NCBI GenBank assembly: GCA_902826025.1
Contig: CADEDH010000003.1
Span: 21,743 to 85,742, forward strand
Source of the DNA: an uncultured Actinomycetes bacterium
Lineage (GTDB): Bacteria > Actinomycetota > Acidimicrobiia > Acidimicrobiales > SZUA-35
Direction of reading: 5' to 3'
Length of the DNA stretch: 64,000 nt
A program made the translations under genes and the position numbers. Positions 19,670-29,952 of this stretch are shown in pieces. How positions within the stretch are numbered: position 1 is the stretch's first letter; every line of letters begins with the position of its first letter. Below the pieces are notes generated by a model. The model saw nothing but the letters and a program-made list of their open reading frames with translations. It searched no databases and had not been told where the DNA came from.

Positions 19670-20385
19670 GCGGCCTGGTGGTGGACGACGTGCGGGTGGC
19701 CTACGGCCGCACTGAGGTGCTGTTCGGGGTGTCGCTCGAGGTACCCGACGGCTCGCTGGTGTGCGTGATGGGCCGCAACGGCGTGGGCAAGACCACCCTG
19801 CTCAATACGATCGCCGGTCTGCTGAAACCCCAGAGTGGCTCGGTGAGCTTCGACGGGAGCAGCCTGGCCGGGGTCGGGGCCCACCAGCGGGCCCGGCTCG
19901 GCCTCGGGTACGTACCCCAGGGCCATGCCGTGTTCCCCCAGCTCACCACGAGGGAGAACCTGCAGGTGGTGATGGAGCGCCAGGGCCGCCGGGCCCGGGC
20001 CGCCTCGCTGCGCCAGCAGGACCTCGACGAGGTGCTCGACTTGTTCCCCGCCTTGACCACACTGATGAACCGCCCGGCCGGGCTGCTCAGCGGCGGACAG
20101 GCCAAGCAGCTCGCCATCGCCCGGGCCCTCGTCACCGGGCCCCGCCTGCTCGTGCTCGACGAGCCGACCGAGGGCATCCAGCCATCGATCATCCACGAGA
20201 TCGAGGACACGATCGCCAAGCTCCACGCCGCCATCGGGATGACCATCCTGCTGGTCGAGCAGTACGTGGAGTTCGCTCTCCGTCTGGCCGACCGTTACGC
20301 CGTGCTCGACGCCGGCCGGGTGGTGTCGACCGGACTGACGTCCGAGGCCGACCCCTCGGCCTTCGCCGAGCTCATGGCTGTTTGA
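19666..20385 (+). CDS. urtE: urea ABC transporter ATP-binding protein
   Basis: 239 aa. It has Walker A GRNGVGKTT, the signature LSGGQAKQLAIARAL and Walker B LLVLDEP. There is a 4-nt overlap with urtD. Confidence 0.9.
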   Translation: MSGLVVDDVRVAYGRTEVLFGVSLEVPDGSLVCVMGRNGVGKTTLLNTIAGLLKPQSGSVSFDGSSLAGVGAHQRARLGLGYVPQGHAVFPQLTTRENLQVVMERQGRRARAASLRQQDLDEVLDLFPALTTLMNRPAGLLSGGQAKQLAIARALVTGPRLLVLDEPTEGIQPSIIHEIEDTIAKLHAAIGMTILLVEQYVEFALRLADRYAVLDAGRVVSTGLTSEADPSAFAELMAV

Positions 20386-20421
20386 GTCGACCGTGAAACC
20401 AACTGACGCGAAAGGACCCGC

Positions 20422-20724
20422 GTGCACCTGACCCAGCACGAGCAGGAGCGCCTGCTCATCACGGTGGCCGCCATGGTGGCCCGCGACCGAAGGGACCGGG
20501 GCCTGCGGCTCAACCACCCCGAGACGGTGGCCCTGCTGTCGTCGTGGGTGATGGAAGGAGCCCGCGACGGGCGCACCGTGGCCGACCTCATGGACGCCGG
20601 CCGGCGGGTGCTGACCCGGGACGACGTGATGGACGGCGTGGCCGACCTGATCCCCGAGATCCAGATCGAGGCCACGTTCCCCGACGGCACCAAGCTCGTC
20701 ACCCTGCACGGACCCATCTCATGA
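20422..20724 (+). CDS. ureA: urease subunit gamma
   Basis: 100 aa. (M)[33 protein letters not shown] is the canonical UreA N-terminus. The start codon is GTG. Confidence 0.95.
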   Translation: MHLTQHEQERLLITVAAMVARDRRDRGLRLNHPETVALLSSWVMEGARDGRTVADLMDAGRRVLTRDDVMDGVADLIPEIQIEATFPDGTKLVTLHGPIS

Positions 20725-21140
20725 GCGGCGGGGAAGGTATGTTCAGCCCGATCGGCCCGCCGGGGCAGGTCATCGTGGGCGAGGGTGCCGTCGAGCTGTT
20801 CGCCGGTCGCCCGGTCATCACGCTCGTGGTGGCGAACACGGGCGACCGGCCGGTGCAGGTGGGGTCCCACTACCACTTCGCCGAGGCCAACCCGGCCCTG
20901 TCCTTCGACCGGGGCGCGGCCTGGGGTCACAAGCTGGCCATCCCGGCCGGCACCTCGGTGCGCTTCGAGCCCGGCATCGAGCGTGAGGTCGATCTCGTGC
21001 CCCTGGCCGGGGCCCGGGTGGTGCCCGGCCTGCGGGGGGCGGCGGCCGGGCCCCTGGGCGACGGCCCGGGCGTCAATGCCGGCGCCGGCAACCGCCCGTG
21101 GGATCACCATCCAGGGTCCGAGCGAGGAGAGGTGCACTGA
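20721..21140 (+). CDS. ureB: urease subunit beta (with C-terminal extension)
   Basis: The ATG overlaps the ureA stop. The core is [30 protein letters not shown] Gly/Pro-rich tail of about 35 aa follows the conserved core. Confidence 0.9.
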   Translation: MSGGEGMFSPIGPPGQVIVGEGAVELFAGRPVITLVVANTGDRPVQVGSHYHFAEANPALSFDRGAAWGHKLAIPAGTSVRFEPGIEREVDLVPLAGARVVPGLRGAAAGPLGDGPGVNAGAGNRPWDHHPGSERGEVH

Positions 21141-22861
21141 TGGAGATCGACCGGCGACGCTACGCCCAGCTCTACGGGCCCACCACCGGCGACCGGGTTC
21201 GCCTGGCCGACACCGACCTCTTCATCGAGGTCACCTCTGACGCCTGCGCCGGCGGCGACGAGGCCGTGTTCGGTGGGGGCAAGGTGATCCGGGAGTCGAT
21301 GGGGCAGTCCCGGGCCACCCGGGCCGAGGGCACGCCCGATCTGGTGATCACCGGTGCCGTCATCCTCGACCATTGGGGGGTGGTGAAGGCCGACGTCGGC
21401 ATCCGCGACGGGCGCATCGTGGGTATCGGCCGGGCCGGCAACCCCGACATCACCGACGGGGTGCACCCGGCCCTGGTCATCGGGCCGTCCACCGAGATCC
21501 TGGCCGGCAACGGCAAGATCCTCACCGCCGGGGCCATCGACTCCCACGTCCACCTGATCTGTCCCCAGATCCTCGACACCGCCCTGGCCTCCGGCATCAC
21601 CACCGTGATCGGGGGCGGTACCGGGCCCGCCGAAGGCACCAAGGCCACCACCGTCACCCCCGGGGCCTGGCACACGGCGATGATGCTGCGGGCCATGGAC
21701 TCGTGGCCGATCAACGTGGCCCTGTTGGCCAAGGGCAACACGGTGTCGCCCGAGGCGCTGCGGGAGCAGTTGGCCGGCGGGGCGTCGGGGTTCAAGCTCC
21801 ACGAGGACTGGGGAACCACCCCGGCCGTGATCGACGCCTGCCTCACCGTGTGCGACGAGCAGGGGGTGCAGGTGGCGATCCACACCGACACCCTCAACGA
21901 GGCCGGCTACGTGGAGGCAACGCTGGCCGCCATCGGGGGCCGGTCGATCCACACGTACCACACCGAGGGCGCAGGCGGCGGCCACGCTCCCGACATCATC
22001 ACCGTGGTGTCGCAGCCCAACGTGCTGCCGTCGTCGACCAACCCCACCCGACCCCACACGATCAACACGCTCGACGAGCACCTCGACATGTTGATGGTGT
22101 GCCACCACCTCTCCCCCACCATCCCCGAAGACCTGGCCTTCGCCGAGAGCCGGATCCGGCCCTCCACCATGGCGGCCGAGGACGTCCTCCACGACCTGGG
22201 GGCGATCTCCATGATCGGGTCCGACGCCCAGGCCATGGGTCGGGTGGGTGAGGTGATCCTTCGCACCTGGCAGACGGCGCACGTGATGAAGCGGCGGCGG
22301 GGTTCGCTGCCCGGCGACAACGGCTCGGACAACGGGGCCGATAACCTGCGGGCCCGGCGCTACGTGGCCAAGTACACGATCTGCCCCGCCCTGGCCCACG
22401 GGCTGGCCGGTGAGGTGGGGTCGGTCGAGGTGGGCAAGTTGGCCGACCTCGTGCTGTGGGACCCCGCCTTCTTCGCCGTGCGGGCCCACGTGGTGGTGAA
22501 GGGCGGGGCGATCGCCTGGGCCCAGATGGGCGACGCCAACGCCTCCATCCCCACGCCCCAGCCGATCCTGCCCCGACCCATGTTCGGCGCCGCCCCCGGG
22601 GCGGCTCCCGGCTTGAGCCTCACGTTCGTGGCCCCGCTGGCGCTGGAGTCTGGTGATCTGGCCGACCGCCTCGGCGTGGCCAAGCCCCTGGTGGCGGTGG
22701 CCGACTGCCGCCGGGTGGCCAAGGCTGATCTGCCGGAGAACACCGCCGTTCCCTCGGTCACCGTCAGCCCCGACACGTTCGCCGTGCGGATCGACGGGGA
22801 GCTGATCGAGCCCAGCCCGGCGACGGAGCTGCCCATGGCCCAGCGCTACTTCCTCTTCTAG
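21140..22861 (+). CDS. ureC: urease subunit alpha
   Basis: Starts [27 protein letters not shown]. Motifs seen: [20 protein letters not shown] (carbamylated Lys context) and MVCHHL. The start overlaps the ureB stop by 1 nt. Confidence 0.95.
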   Translation: MEIDRRRYAQLYGPTTGDRVRLADTDLFIEVTSDACAGGDEAVFGGGKVIRESMGQSRATRAEGTPDLVITGAVILDHWGVVKADVGIRDGRIVGIGRAGNPDITDGVHPALVIGPSTEILAGNGKILTAGAIDSHVHLICPQILDTALASGITTVIGGGTGPAEGTKATTVTPGAWHTAMMLRAMDSWPINVALLAKGNTVSPEALREQLAGGASGFKLHEDWGTTPAVIDACLTVCDEQGVQVAIHTDTLNEAGYVEATLAAIGGRSIHTYHTEGAGGGHAPDIITVVSQPNVLPSSTNPTRPHTINTLDEHLDMLMVCHHLSPTIPEDLAFAESRIRPSTMAAEDVLHDLGAISMIGSDAQAMGRVGEVILRTWQTAHVMKRRRGSLPGDNGSDNGADNLRARRYVAKYTICPALAHGLAGEVGSVEVGKLADLVLWDPAFFAVRAHVVVKGGAIAWAQMGDANASIPTPQPILPRPMFGAAPGAAPGLSLTFVAPLALESGDLADRLGVAKPLVAVADCRRVAKADLPENTAVPSVTVSPDTFAVRIDGELIEPSPATELPMAQRYFLF

Positions 22862-22888
22862 GGCCGTGGCTGCCGGAATGAGCATCCG

Positions 22889-23602
22889 ATGAGCGCCGAC
22901 GGCGGTGCGGCCGCCCTCCTGCTCCTGGCCGACGGGCGGTTCCCGGCCGGTGGCCATGTGCATTCAGGTGGGGCCGAGGCGGCCCTGCTCGACGGACGGC
23001 TGACCGGGCCCGACAGCCTGGCCGCTTATGCCGTGGGCCGGCTCCACACCACCGGCCTGGTTGATGCCGCCCTCACCGCCGCGGTGGTAGTGGGCCTGGC
23101 TGCGGACTGCGATCAGCACGGTTGCGGTCCGGGACGGACCCTGCGCCTGCTCGACGCCGAGGCTGAGGCCAGGATGGCTATGGCCCCGCTGCGGGAGTCG
23201 TCGCGCCGGTTGGGCCGCCAGCTGACCCGGGCCGCCGCCGGCTGCTGGCCCGGACCGACGCTGGTGGCGGTGGCCGCCCTCCACCCCGATGGGCCCCATC
23301 AGTCCGTGGCCCTGGGGGCGGTGGCCAACGCCGCCGGAATCGGAGCGCTCGACGCCGCCCGGCTCAGCCTCCACCACACGCTCACCACACCGCTGCAGGC
23401 CGCCCTCCGGCTGGGCGGGCTCGACCCGTTCGCCGTGGCCGCCCTGGCCGCCTCCCTGGCCCCCGTGGTCGACGAGGTGGCGGCCGAAGCGGCGCAGGCC
23501 GCCACCGGCCCGATCGACGAGTTGCCCTGCCTGGTGGGGCCGTTCACCGAGATCGCCGCGGTGGAGCACGCGGCCCGCACCGACCGGTTGTTCGCCACCT
23601 GA
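22889..23602 (+). CDS. ureF: urease accessory protein UreF
   Basis: 237 aa. LLLLADGRFPAGGHVHSGGAEAA is the typical UreF N-terminus. Its position between ureC and ureG fits. Confidence 0.85.
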   Translation: MSADGGAAALLLLADGRFPAGGHVHSGGAEAALLDGRLTGPDSLAAYAVGRLHTTGLVDAALTAAVVVGLAADCDQHGCGPGRTLRLLDAEAEARMAMAPLRESSRRLGRQLTRAAAGCWPGPTLVAVAALHPDGPHQSVALGAVANAAGIGALDAARLSLHHTLTTPLQAALRLGGLDPFAVAALAASLAPVVDEVAAEAAQAATGPIDELPCLVGPFTEIAAVEHAARTDRLFAT

Positions 23603-23633
23603 CCTCACTCGTCCCGACCTCCACTGCTGACCG

Positions 23634-24410
23634 ATGCAAAGGACCGACCCTGTGCCTCCTCACGACCCGGGCCATGCCCACGACCACGATCACGACCCAC
23701 TGGCCGCCGGGCGATGGCCCGGTCTGAGCGGACCAACCGGCGACGGGGGCGGCCCGGCCCGGCGCAGCCTGCGAGTGGGTATCGGCGGGCCGGTGGGGAG
23801 CGGCAAGACCGAGCTGGTGTCGTGCCTGTGCCGGGCCTTCGCCTCCGACCTCGGGCTGGCCGTGGTCACCAACGACATCTTTACCCGGGAGGACGCCGCC
23901 ATCCTGGAGCGCAAGGGGGTGCTGCCGACCGAACGGATCAGGGCCGTGCAGACGGGCTGCTGCCCTCACACCGCCATCCGGGACGACATCAGCGAGAACC
24001 TCGACACGGTGGAACAGCTCGAAGCCCGCTTCGATCCCGACCTGGTGCTGGTGGAGAGCGGGGGCGACAACCTGACCGCCACCTTCAGCTACGCCCTGGT
24101 GGACGTGCAGATCTTCGTGATCGACGTGTCGGGGGGAGACAAGGTGCCCCGCAAGGGTGGCCCCGGCATCACCCGCTCCGACCTGCTCGTGGTCAACAAG
24201 ACCGACCTGGCCGAGATGGTGGGGGCCGACCTGGGGGTGATGGCCCGCGACGCCGAGGCGGGGCGGGGCGGGCGACCCACGGCGTTCGTGTCGCTCCGGC
24301 TCGACCCGCGGGCCGAGCCGGTGGCGGCCTGGATCCGGGGCCTGCTGGCCGATCGGGCCGCCGCCTCCCTCGCCCTCGGCACCGCCACCGCGCCGGCTGG
24401 CGGCGCATGA
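23634..24410 (+). CDS. ureG: urease accessory GTPase UreG (His-rich N-terminus)
   Basis: 258 aa. It has the P-loop GGPVGSGKT and the CPH motif ([11 protein letters not shown]). The N-terminal region [12 protein letters not shown] is His-rich. Confidence 0.95.
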   Translation: MQRTDPVPPHDPGHAHDHDHDPLAAGRWPGLSGPTGDGGGPARRSLRVGIGGPVGSGKTELVSCLCRAFASDLGLAVVTNDIFTREDAAILERKGVLPTERIRAVQTGCCPHTAIRDDISENLDTVEQLEARFDPDLVLVESGGDNLTATFSYALVDVQIFVIDVSGGDKVPRKGGPGITRSDLLVVNKTDLAEMVGADLGVMARDAEAGRGGRPTAFVSLRLDPRAEPVAAWIRGLLADRAAASLALGTATAPAGGA

Positions 24411-25261
24411 CGCTCACGGCGCCGACCCCACCCGCCGTTCCGGTGGCGGAAGCCCACCTGGACGGTGGTGCTGTGCACCGGGGACGGTCCGGGGGGCTCG
24501 GGGCCGGCCGGGGCCACCGGGCGTCGGCATCGCTGGCGGTGGAAGCGTCCGGGGGGCGCACCCGGGTGACGACGCTGCGCAACGATCCCCCCTTCACCTT
24601 CCGGCCAACGCCCGACGGCCCGCATCCCGGCGGGGTCGTGTGGGTCGGCACCGCTGCCGGCCCGGTGGGGGGCGATGACCTGCGGCTACGGGTCGACGTG
24701 GGCCCCGGGGCCGAGCTGAGGCTCACGTCGGTGGCGGCCTCGCTGGTGTTGCCCGGCCCCCGGGGCGACACGTCGGCCACCGTCGTCACGGTGACGGTGG
24801 GCGACGGGGGTCGACTGTGGTGGTGCCCCGAGCCGGCGATCATCGCCGCTGAGGCCGACCACCGGGCCGACACGGTGGTCCGTGTGGGCGACGGGGTGGA
24901 GTTGGTGTGGGTGGAGGAGGTGGTGCTGGGTCGCCACGGCGAGACGGCGGGGAGGCTGCGGTCCCGCCTCCGGATCGAGGGCCGGGCCGGTGCTCCCCTG
25001 CTGTGCTCCGGCCTCGACACGGGCCGCCCCGGCTGGGACGGCCCGGCCGGCCTGGCCGGCAGCCGGGCCGTGGCCCAGGTGGTGCTGCTGGGCACCCCGG
25101 CCGAGCGGGTGCTGGGGGCCGGGGCCCCGCCGGCGACCGAGGGCTGCCGGGTGGCCCTGTCGGCCCTCACCGGGGGCGGCGCCGTGGCCGCCGTGGCCGG
25201 GCCGTCGACCCTCGCCGTCCGGCGGGCCGTGGCCGGCATCGTGGATCTCGCCGCCGGTTGA
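24407..25261 (+). CDS. ureD: urease accessory protein UreD/UreH
   Basis: The internal ATG overlaps the ureG stop (ATGA). At 284 aa it is the last gene of the cluster. The call rests on position and size, because the sequence is poorly conserved. Confidence 0.7.
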   Translation: MTLTAPTPPAVPVAEAHLDGGAVHRGRSGGLGAGRGHRASASLAVEASGGRTRVTTLRNDPPFTFRPTPDGPHPGGVVWVGTAAGPVGGDDLRLRVDVGPGAELRLTSVAASLVLPGPRGDTSATVVTVTVGDGGRLWWCPEPAIIAAEADHRADTVVRVGDGVELVWVEEVVLGRHGETAGRLRSRLRIEGRAGAPLLCSGLDTGRPGWDGPAGLAGSRAVAQVVLLGTPAERVLGAGAPPATEGCRVALSALTGGGAVAAVAGPSTLAVRRAVAGIVDLAAG

Positions 25262-25353
25262 CGCCGCGAAAACCGCGACACGGTTCGATCCGCGTCGCGG
25301 TTGGCGCGCCCAGCGCGCACACTGCGACACGGTTCGAGCTGTGGGGCGGGGGG

Positions 25354-26658
25354 TCAGCCGGTGTGGCGGTGGCGGTAGCGGCGGGCCAGGGCGACCACGG
25401 TGCCGGGGAGGAAGAACATCCGGGCCGGGAGCGACACCTCGTCCCACGGGCGCTTGACCAGGGGTGAGCGCCAGGCCCGCATCCGGTAGAGGAAGAAGGC
25501 GACGAGGGCCAGATGGATGCCGTTGATCGCCCACCAGAACCCGGCGGGGCCGGCCACCACCATCAGCCCGGCCAGCACGAGGGGACCCACGATCGCCCCC
25601 AGCCCGTAGAGCGTGATGAGCTGGGAGGCGGCCGAGCTGACGTGGCGGGGGTCGATCCAGTCGTTGGTGTAGGCCGCGGCGATCGAGTAGAGCGGGAAGC
25701 TGAACCCGCCGAGCACGAGCGCCACCGGCAGCACCGCCGGATGTTCCGCCGGCACCAGGAGCAGCAACCCCCCGGCCACCAGGGAGGCGGCCGCCGCCAC
25801 CGCTCCCACGGCCCGCCGGTCGACCTCGTCGGACGCCGCCGCGATCGGCCACTGGAGCAGCATGCCGCCGACGTTGGGGGCGGCCACGAACAGCCCGGTG
25901 CGGGCGGGCGACATCCCCACCCGGGTGGCGTAGATGGCGGCCATGCCGGTGAGCCCGCCGTGCACCAGGCCCACCAGCAGGCACGAGCCCACCCCGGTGG
26001 GCACCTCCCGGGCCAGCTGCCGCAGGGTGAGGCCGGCCTCGTCGCCCCGCACCACCGGCACCACGGCGTGCTCCGACAGGGCCACCGGCACCACCGCCAG
26101 GGAGGCGGCGATGCCGGCCAGGGCGTAGCCGGTGGCGGTGCGGGCGTCGAGGGCGAACAGCAGCACCTGGCCCACGCCGAAGGCACCGGTGCTGACCACC
26201 AGGTACACGGCCAGCAGCCGGCCCCGGTTGTCGTTGGTGGCCAGGTTGTTGAGCCAGCTCTCGGCCACCACGTACAGCCCGGCCAGGCACAGGCCGGTGA
26301 CGAAGCGGAGGAGCATCCACGCCGCCGGCTCGGCGGTGAGGCCCACCGCCACCATGGCCGCCGATAGCACCGCCGCCAGCGCACTGTAGACCCGGATGTG
26401 ACCCACCCGGCCCAGCGCCTCCAGCGTCACCCGGGTGCCGAGCAGGAAGCCGGCGTAGTAGGCGGCGCTGATCAGGCTGCTGAGCGCGGTGGGGAGCTGG
26501 GCCAGCTCGGAACGGACGCCGAGCAGGGTGCCGAACAGTCCGCCGGCCAGCTGGAGGAAGGCGAACCCGACGAACAGGCCCCAGGTGGCCAGGGCCACGC
26601 CGGCCGGAGGCGATGCATCGGCCATGACCAGGTCCGCATCGGCTCCGGCGTCGGTCAT
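25354..26658 (-). CDS. MFS transporter
   Basis: The protein-like part of the 711-aa track ORF starts at MTDAGADADLVMADASPPAGVALATWGLFVGFAFLQ. There are about 12 hydrophobic helices. The start could instead be the downstream ATG at 26625. Confidence 0.8.
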   Translation of the reverse strand: MTDAGADADLVMADASPPAGVALATWGLFVGFAFLQLAGGLFGTLLGVRSELAQLPTALSSLISAAYYAGFLLGTRVTLEALGRVGHIRVYSALAAVLSAAMVAVGLTAEPAAWMLLRFVTGLCLAGLYVVAESWLNNLATNDNRGRLLAVYLVVSTGAFGVGQVLLFALDARTATGYALAGIAASLAVVPVALSEHAVVPVVRGDEAGLTLRQLAREVPTGVGSCLLVGLVHGGLTGMAAIYATRVGMSPARTGLFVAAPNVGGMLLQWPIAAASDEVDRRAVGAVAAAASLVAGGLLLLVPAEHPAVLPVALVLGGFSFPLYSIAAAYTNDWIDPRHVSSAASQLITLYGLGAIVGPLVLAGLMVVAGPAGFWWAINGIHLALVAFFLYRMRAWRSPLVKRPWDEVSLPARMFFLPGTVVALARRYRHRHTG

Positions 26659-26742
26659 GCTGCCAGGGTGCCACGCCGCCACCTCGCTGCGACGATTCGG
26701 TTGTTGACGTTCATTGTCACACCACAACAGTAGAGTACGTCC

Positions 26743-27990
26743 ATGACTCGATTCGATCCTGGGTATCGCCGCACACCGGGCAGTTGGGCCGAGCCGCCGG
26801 AGGCCGTCGAGCCCCATCTGCTGGCCGTACTCGACAGCCTCTGGGGGCGGGGTTGGTTGCCGGGCGAGATCCTCCGCCAGGTGGAGCGGACCATGAAGCC
26901 GCCGGCCCGGGAGATCGCGGCCCTGGCCATCGCCGTCGACCTGGCCCGGCGCCCGCCCGGTACCGTCCACCGCCGGTGGACGGCCCACGTGGCCGGCCTC
27001 GGCCTGGCCCCCCCGGGCGACACCGCCGAGGGCTGGCTCCGTCGGGGCCATGAGCGCCTCGGCGCCACGCCCGAGGTGTGCGGGACAACCGCCCTGTACC
27101 TCTACCGCAACCTCGACGAGCTCGGACGCGTCGGCACCCTCATCCCCCCGCCGGGGTCCGACGAGGCGCGGAGCGGTGCCGGGTCCCCCGCTCCCGGGTC
27201 GTGGTTCACCGCTGGTCTCGCCGACCACCTCCTGGCCGACGCCGAGGCCGCCGACGCCTCCCTGGCCCCGATCCTCACCAAGGTCCGGGCCCTGCTGGCC
27301 CAGGCCGAGTCCACCACCTTCGAGGCCGAGGCGGCCACGTTCACGGCCAAGGCGCAGGAGCTGATGGCCCGCCACGCCATCGACGCCGCCCTGCTGTGGG
27401 GTCGCACGTCGGGCTCGCGCGACGAGCCCACCATGGTCCGCCTCCCGGTCGACGAGCCCTACCTCAGGGCCAAGACCACCCTGCTCCACGTGGTGGCGGC
27501 CCGATCATCGTGCCGATCGGTCTACTACCCGGCCTACGCCCTGGTGGCCCTTATCGGCTTCGACCAGGATCTGCTGGCCGCCGAGACGCTCTACACCTCA
27601 CTGCTGGTGCAGGCCCAGCTGGCGGTGCAGGCCGCAGGGGCATCGGCGCCGGCCGGGGCCCACGAGCGCAGCCGGGGCTTCCGCAGCTCGTTCCTCCACG
27701 CCTACGCCCACCGGGTGGGCCAGCGGCTGGCCGAGGTCAACGAGCAGGTGCAGGCCGAGGCCGCGGCCGGAGGCGACGGGGCCGACCTGCTACCCGTGCT
27801 GGCCGATCGGGCGGAGCGGGTGGAGGCCTGGATGGCGGCCGAACTGGGGCCGTTGCGGCGGCAACGGGCATCGTCGTCGATGGACGCCAGTGGATGGGCC
27901 GCCGGCTCGCGTGCGGCCAACCGGGCCGATCTGGGCCGGGCCGGCTCGCTCGGGCGGTCCGGGCCAGCGGTCGGCCCCGGCGGCAGCTAG
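26743..27990 (+). CDS. DUF2786-domain protein of unknown function
   Basis: 415 aa. The central segment ILTKVRALLAQAESTTFEAEAATFTAKAQELMARHAID matches the DUF2786 signature as I remember it. Confidence 0.6.
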   Translation: MTRFDPGYRRTPGSWAEPPEAVEPHLLAVLDSLWGRGWLPGEILRQVERTMKPPAREIAALAIAVDLARRPPGTVHRRWTAHVAGLGLAPPGDTAEGWLRRGHERLGATPEVCGTTALYLYRNLDELGRVGTLIPPPGSDEARSGAGSPAPGSWFTAGLADHLLADAEAADASLAPILTKVRALLAQAESTTFEAEAATFTAKAQELMARHAIDAALLWGRTSGSRDEPTMVRLPVDEPYLRAKTTLLHVVAARSSCRSVYYPAYALVALIGFDQDLLAAETLYTSLLVQAQLAVQAAGASAPAGAHERSRGFRSSFLHAYAHRVGQRLAEVNEQVQAEAAAGGDGADLLPVLADRAERVEAWMAAELGPLRRQRASSSMDASGWAAGSRAANRADLGRAGSLGRSGPAVGPGGS

Positions 27991-28025
27991 GATATTGACA
28001 CGTCAACCTCTTGATGGGAGTCGGG

Positions 28026-28814
28026 ATGAGCGACAGCGCTGAGACCACCCTGCCGGCCGTGTTCGTGGGCCATGGGAGCCCGATGAACGCCCTGCAGTCC
28101 AACCGCTACACCGAGGCGTGGGCCGCCTTCGGGGCCGCCCTCCCCCAGCAGCCCCGGGCCATCCTCGCCATCTCAGCCCACTGGTACATCAACGCCTCGG
28201 CCGTCACCGCCATGACGGCACCGAACACGATCCACGACTTCTTCGGCTTTCCCGAGGAACTGTTCGCCTTTCGGTATCCGGCCCCCGGCGACCCGGACCT
28301 GGCCCAGGAGATCGCCGAGGTGGTGAAACCCACGTGGATCGGAATGGACCGTGACTCGTGGGGAATCGACCACGGCACGTGGTCGGTGCTGGCCCACCTC
28401 TACCCGGCGGCCGACGTCCCCGTGCTGCAGCTCTCGGTCGACGCCTCCAAGTCGCCCGACTACCACGTGGCCCTGGGGGCGGCCCTCGCCCCCCTGCGCC
28501 AGCGGGGTGTGTTGATCGTGGCCAGCGGCAACGTGGTTCACAATCTCCCCGCCCTCGACCCGAACCGGCCCGACACCGGGTTCGACTGGGCCGAGGAGTT
28601 CGACGAAGCCGCCCGCACGCTCATGGCCCAGGCCCCGGGAGACATCGCTGCGCTCAGCCGGCACCAGCGCTACTCGCTGGCCGCCCCCACGCCCGACCAT
28701 CTCCTCCCGCTCTACTATTTGGGCGGGCTGGCCGCCGCCGCCGGCGAGACCGGCCGGGTGCTGATCGACGGCTACGCCCTGGGCTCGTTGTCGATGACCA
28801 CCCACGCCATCTGA
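28026..28814 (+). CDS. 4,5-DOPA dioxygenase extradiol-like (LigB superfamily, YgiD type)
   Basis: Starts MSDSAETTLPAVFVGHGSPMNAL, preceded by a GGGAG RBS. The track ORF starts 15 nt earlier. About 260 aa. Confidence 0.8.
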   Translation: MSDSAETTLPAVFVGHGSPMNALQSNRYTEAWAAFGAALPQQPRAILAISAHWYINASAVTAMTAPNTIHDFFGFPEELFAFRYPAPGDPDLAQEIAEVVKPTWIGMDRDSWGIDHGTWSVLAHLYPAADVPVLQLSVDASKSPDYHVALGAALAPLRQRGVLIVASGNVVHNLPALDPNRPDTGFDWAEEFDEAARTLMAQAPGDIAALSRHQRYSLAAPTPDHLLPLYYLGGLAAAAGETGRVLIDGYALGSLSMTTHAI

Positions 28815-28936
28815 GCGCACCACTCCCGCCGGAGCCAGCGGAAACCAGACGGGTTACCACCACGTACGGTGGCCGGTATTATGAACAAAATGCGTCGGCC
28901 AGCGCGGTTCGTGACGGTCAGGGTTACCTTTTGCCC

Positions 28937-29920
28937 ATGATCACACGACAATCCACCACCAAGGTGGCCACCGACCGCGCCCCCGGCGCCTCCCGCCGGT
29001 CGTGGCGCATCACCCTGCTGGCCCTCATGGGCCTCCTCGGCTTGGTCGCCGCCGCCTGCGGCAGCGACAGCGCCACCACCGACACCTCCACCGGTGCGTC
29101 CACCGAGACGGACAGCTCCACGGCAACCAGCGAGGCCAGCGGTTCGACAGGCGCCACCACAGGCGGCGGGGCCGCCGGCAGCGACTGCCCAACCGACTTC
29201 ACGCCGATCAAGGCCGGCACCCTCACGGTGGTCACCTCCCTGCCCGGGCCCGGCTTCTGGGACGGGTCGGAAACCGACCCCACCCAGATCACCGGCGGCT
29301 ACGAGTACGACATCGTGCAGGCCATCAAGGACGAGCTCTGCCTCGACTCGGTGGAGGTGCGCAACGTGCCTTTCGACGGTCTCGTGGCCGGCACCGTGAC
29401 CGGCTTCGACGTCGCCTTCTCCCAGGTCACGGTCACCGACGAGCGGGCCGAGGTGGTGGAGTTCACCGAGCCCTACTTCGAGGCCGACCAGGGCGTGCTG
29501 GTGGCCAAGGGCACCACGCTGAGCACCCTCGACGAGGCGAAGAAGCTCCGCTGGGGGGCCCAGGCCGGCACCACCGGGCTCGACTTCCTCAACGACACGC
29601 TGAAGCCCGACGCCGACCCCCAGATCTTCCAGGCCCTGCCCGACGGCTTCACCGCCCTCCAGGCCGGCCAGGTCGACGCCTTCATCATGGACGTGCCGAT
29701 CGTGCTGTCGCAGGCCGCTAAGTCGGGCGGGGTGCAGGAGGTGGTGGCCCAGTTCAAGACGGGCGAGCAGTACGGCGCCATCCTGCCCAAGGGCTCCGAG
29801 AACAAAGCCGCCGTCGACGCCGCCATCACCGCCTTGAAGGATGACGGCACGTTGGGCAAGCTTGCGGCTGAGAACCTCGGTGCCGATCCGTCGAAGGTGC
29901 CGGTGATCGACGTCAAGTAG
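28937..29920 (+). CDS. amino-acid ABC transporter substrate-binding lipoprotein (family 3 SBP)
   Basis: Starts at the internal ATG (MITRQSTTKV...). It has the lipobox LVAAACGSDS, a Thr/Ser-rich linker and then an SBP_bac_3-like body (GTLTVVTSLPGPGFW...DAFIMDVPI). Confidence 0.8.
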   Translation: MITRQSTTKVATDRAPGASRRSWRITLLALMGLLGLVAAACGSDSATTDTSTGASTETDSSTATSEASGSTGATTGGGAAGSDCPTDFTPIKAGTLTVVTSLPGPGFWDGSETDPTQITGGYEYDIVQAIKDELCLDSVEVRNVPFDGLVAGTVTGFDVAFSQVTVTDERAEVVEFTEPYFEADQGVLVAKGTTLSTLDEAKKLRWGAQAGTTGLDFLNDTLKPDADPQIFQALPDGFTALQAGQVDAFIMDVPIVLSQAAKSGGVQEVVAQFKTGEQYGAILPKGSENKAAVDAAITALKDDGTLGKLAAENLGADPSKVPVIDVK

Positions 29921-29952
29921 CACCACCACCCGACGGCGTTGAGGATCCCTCC

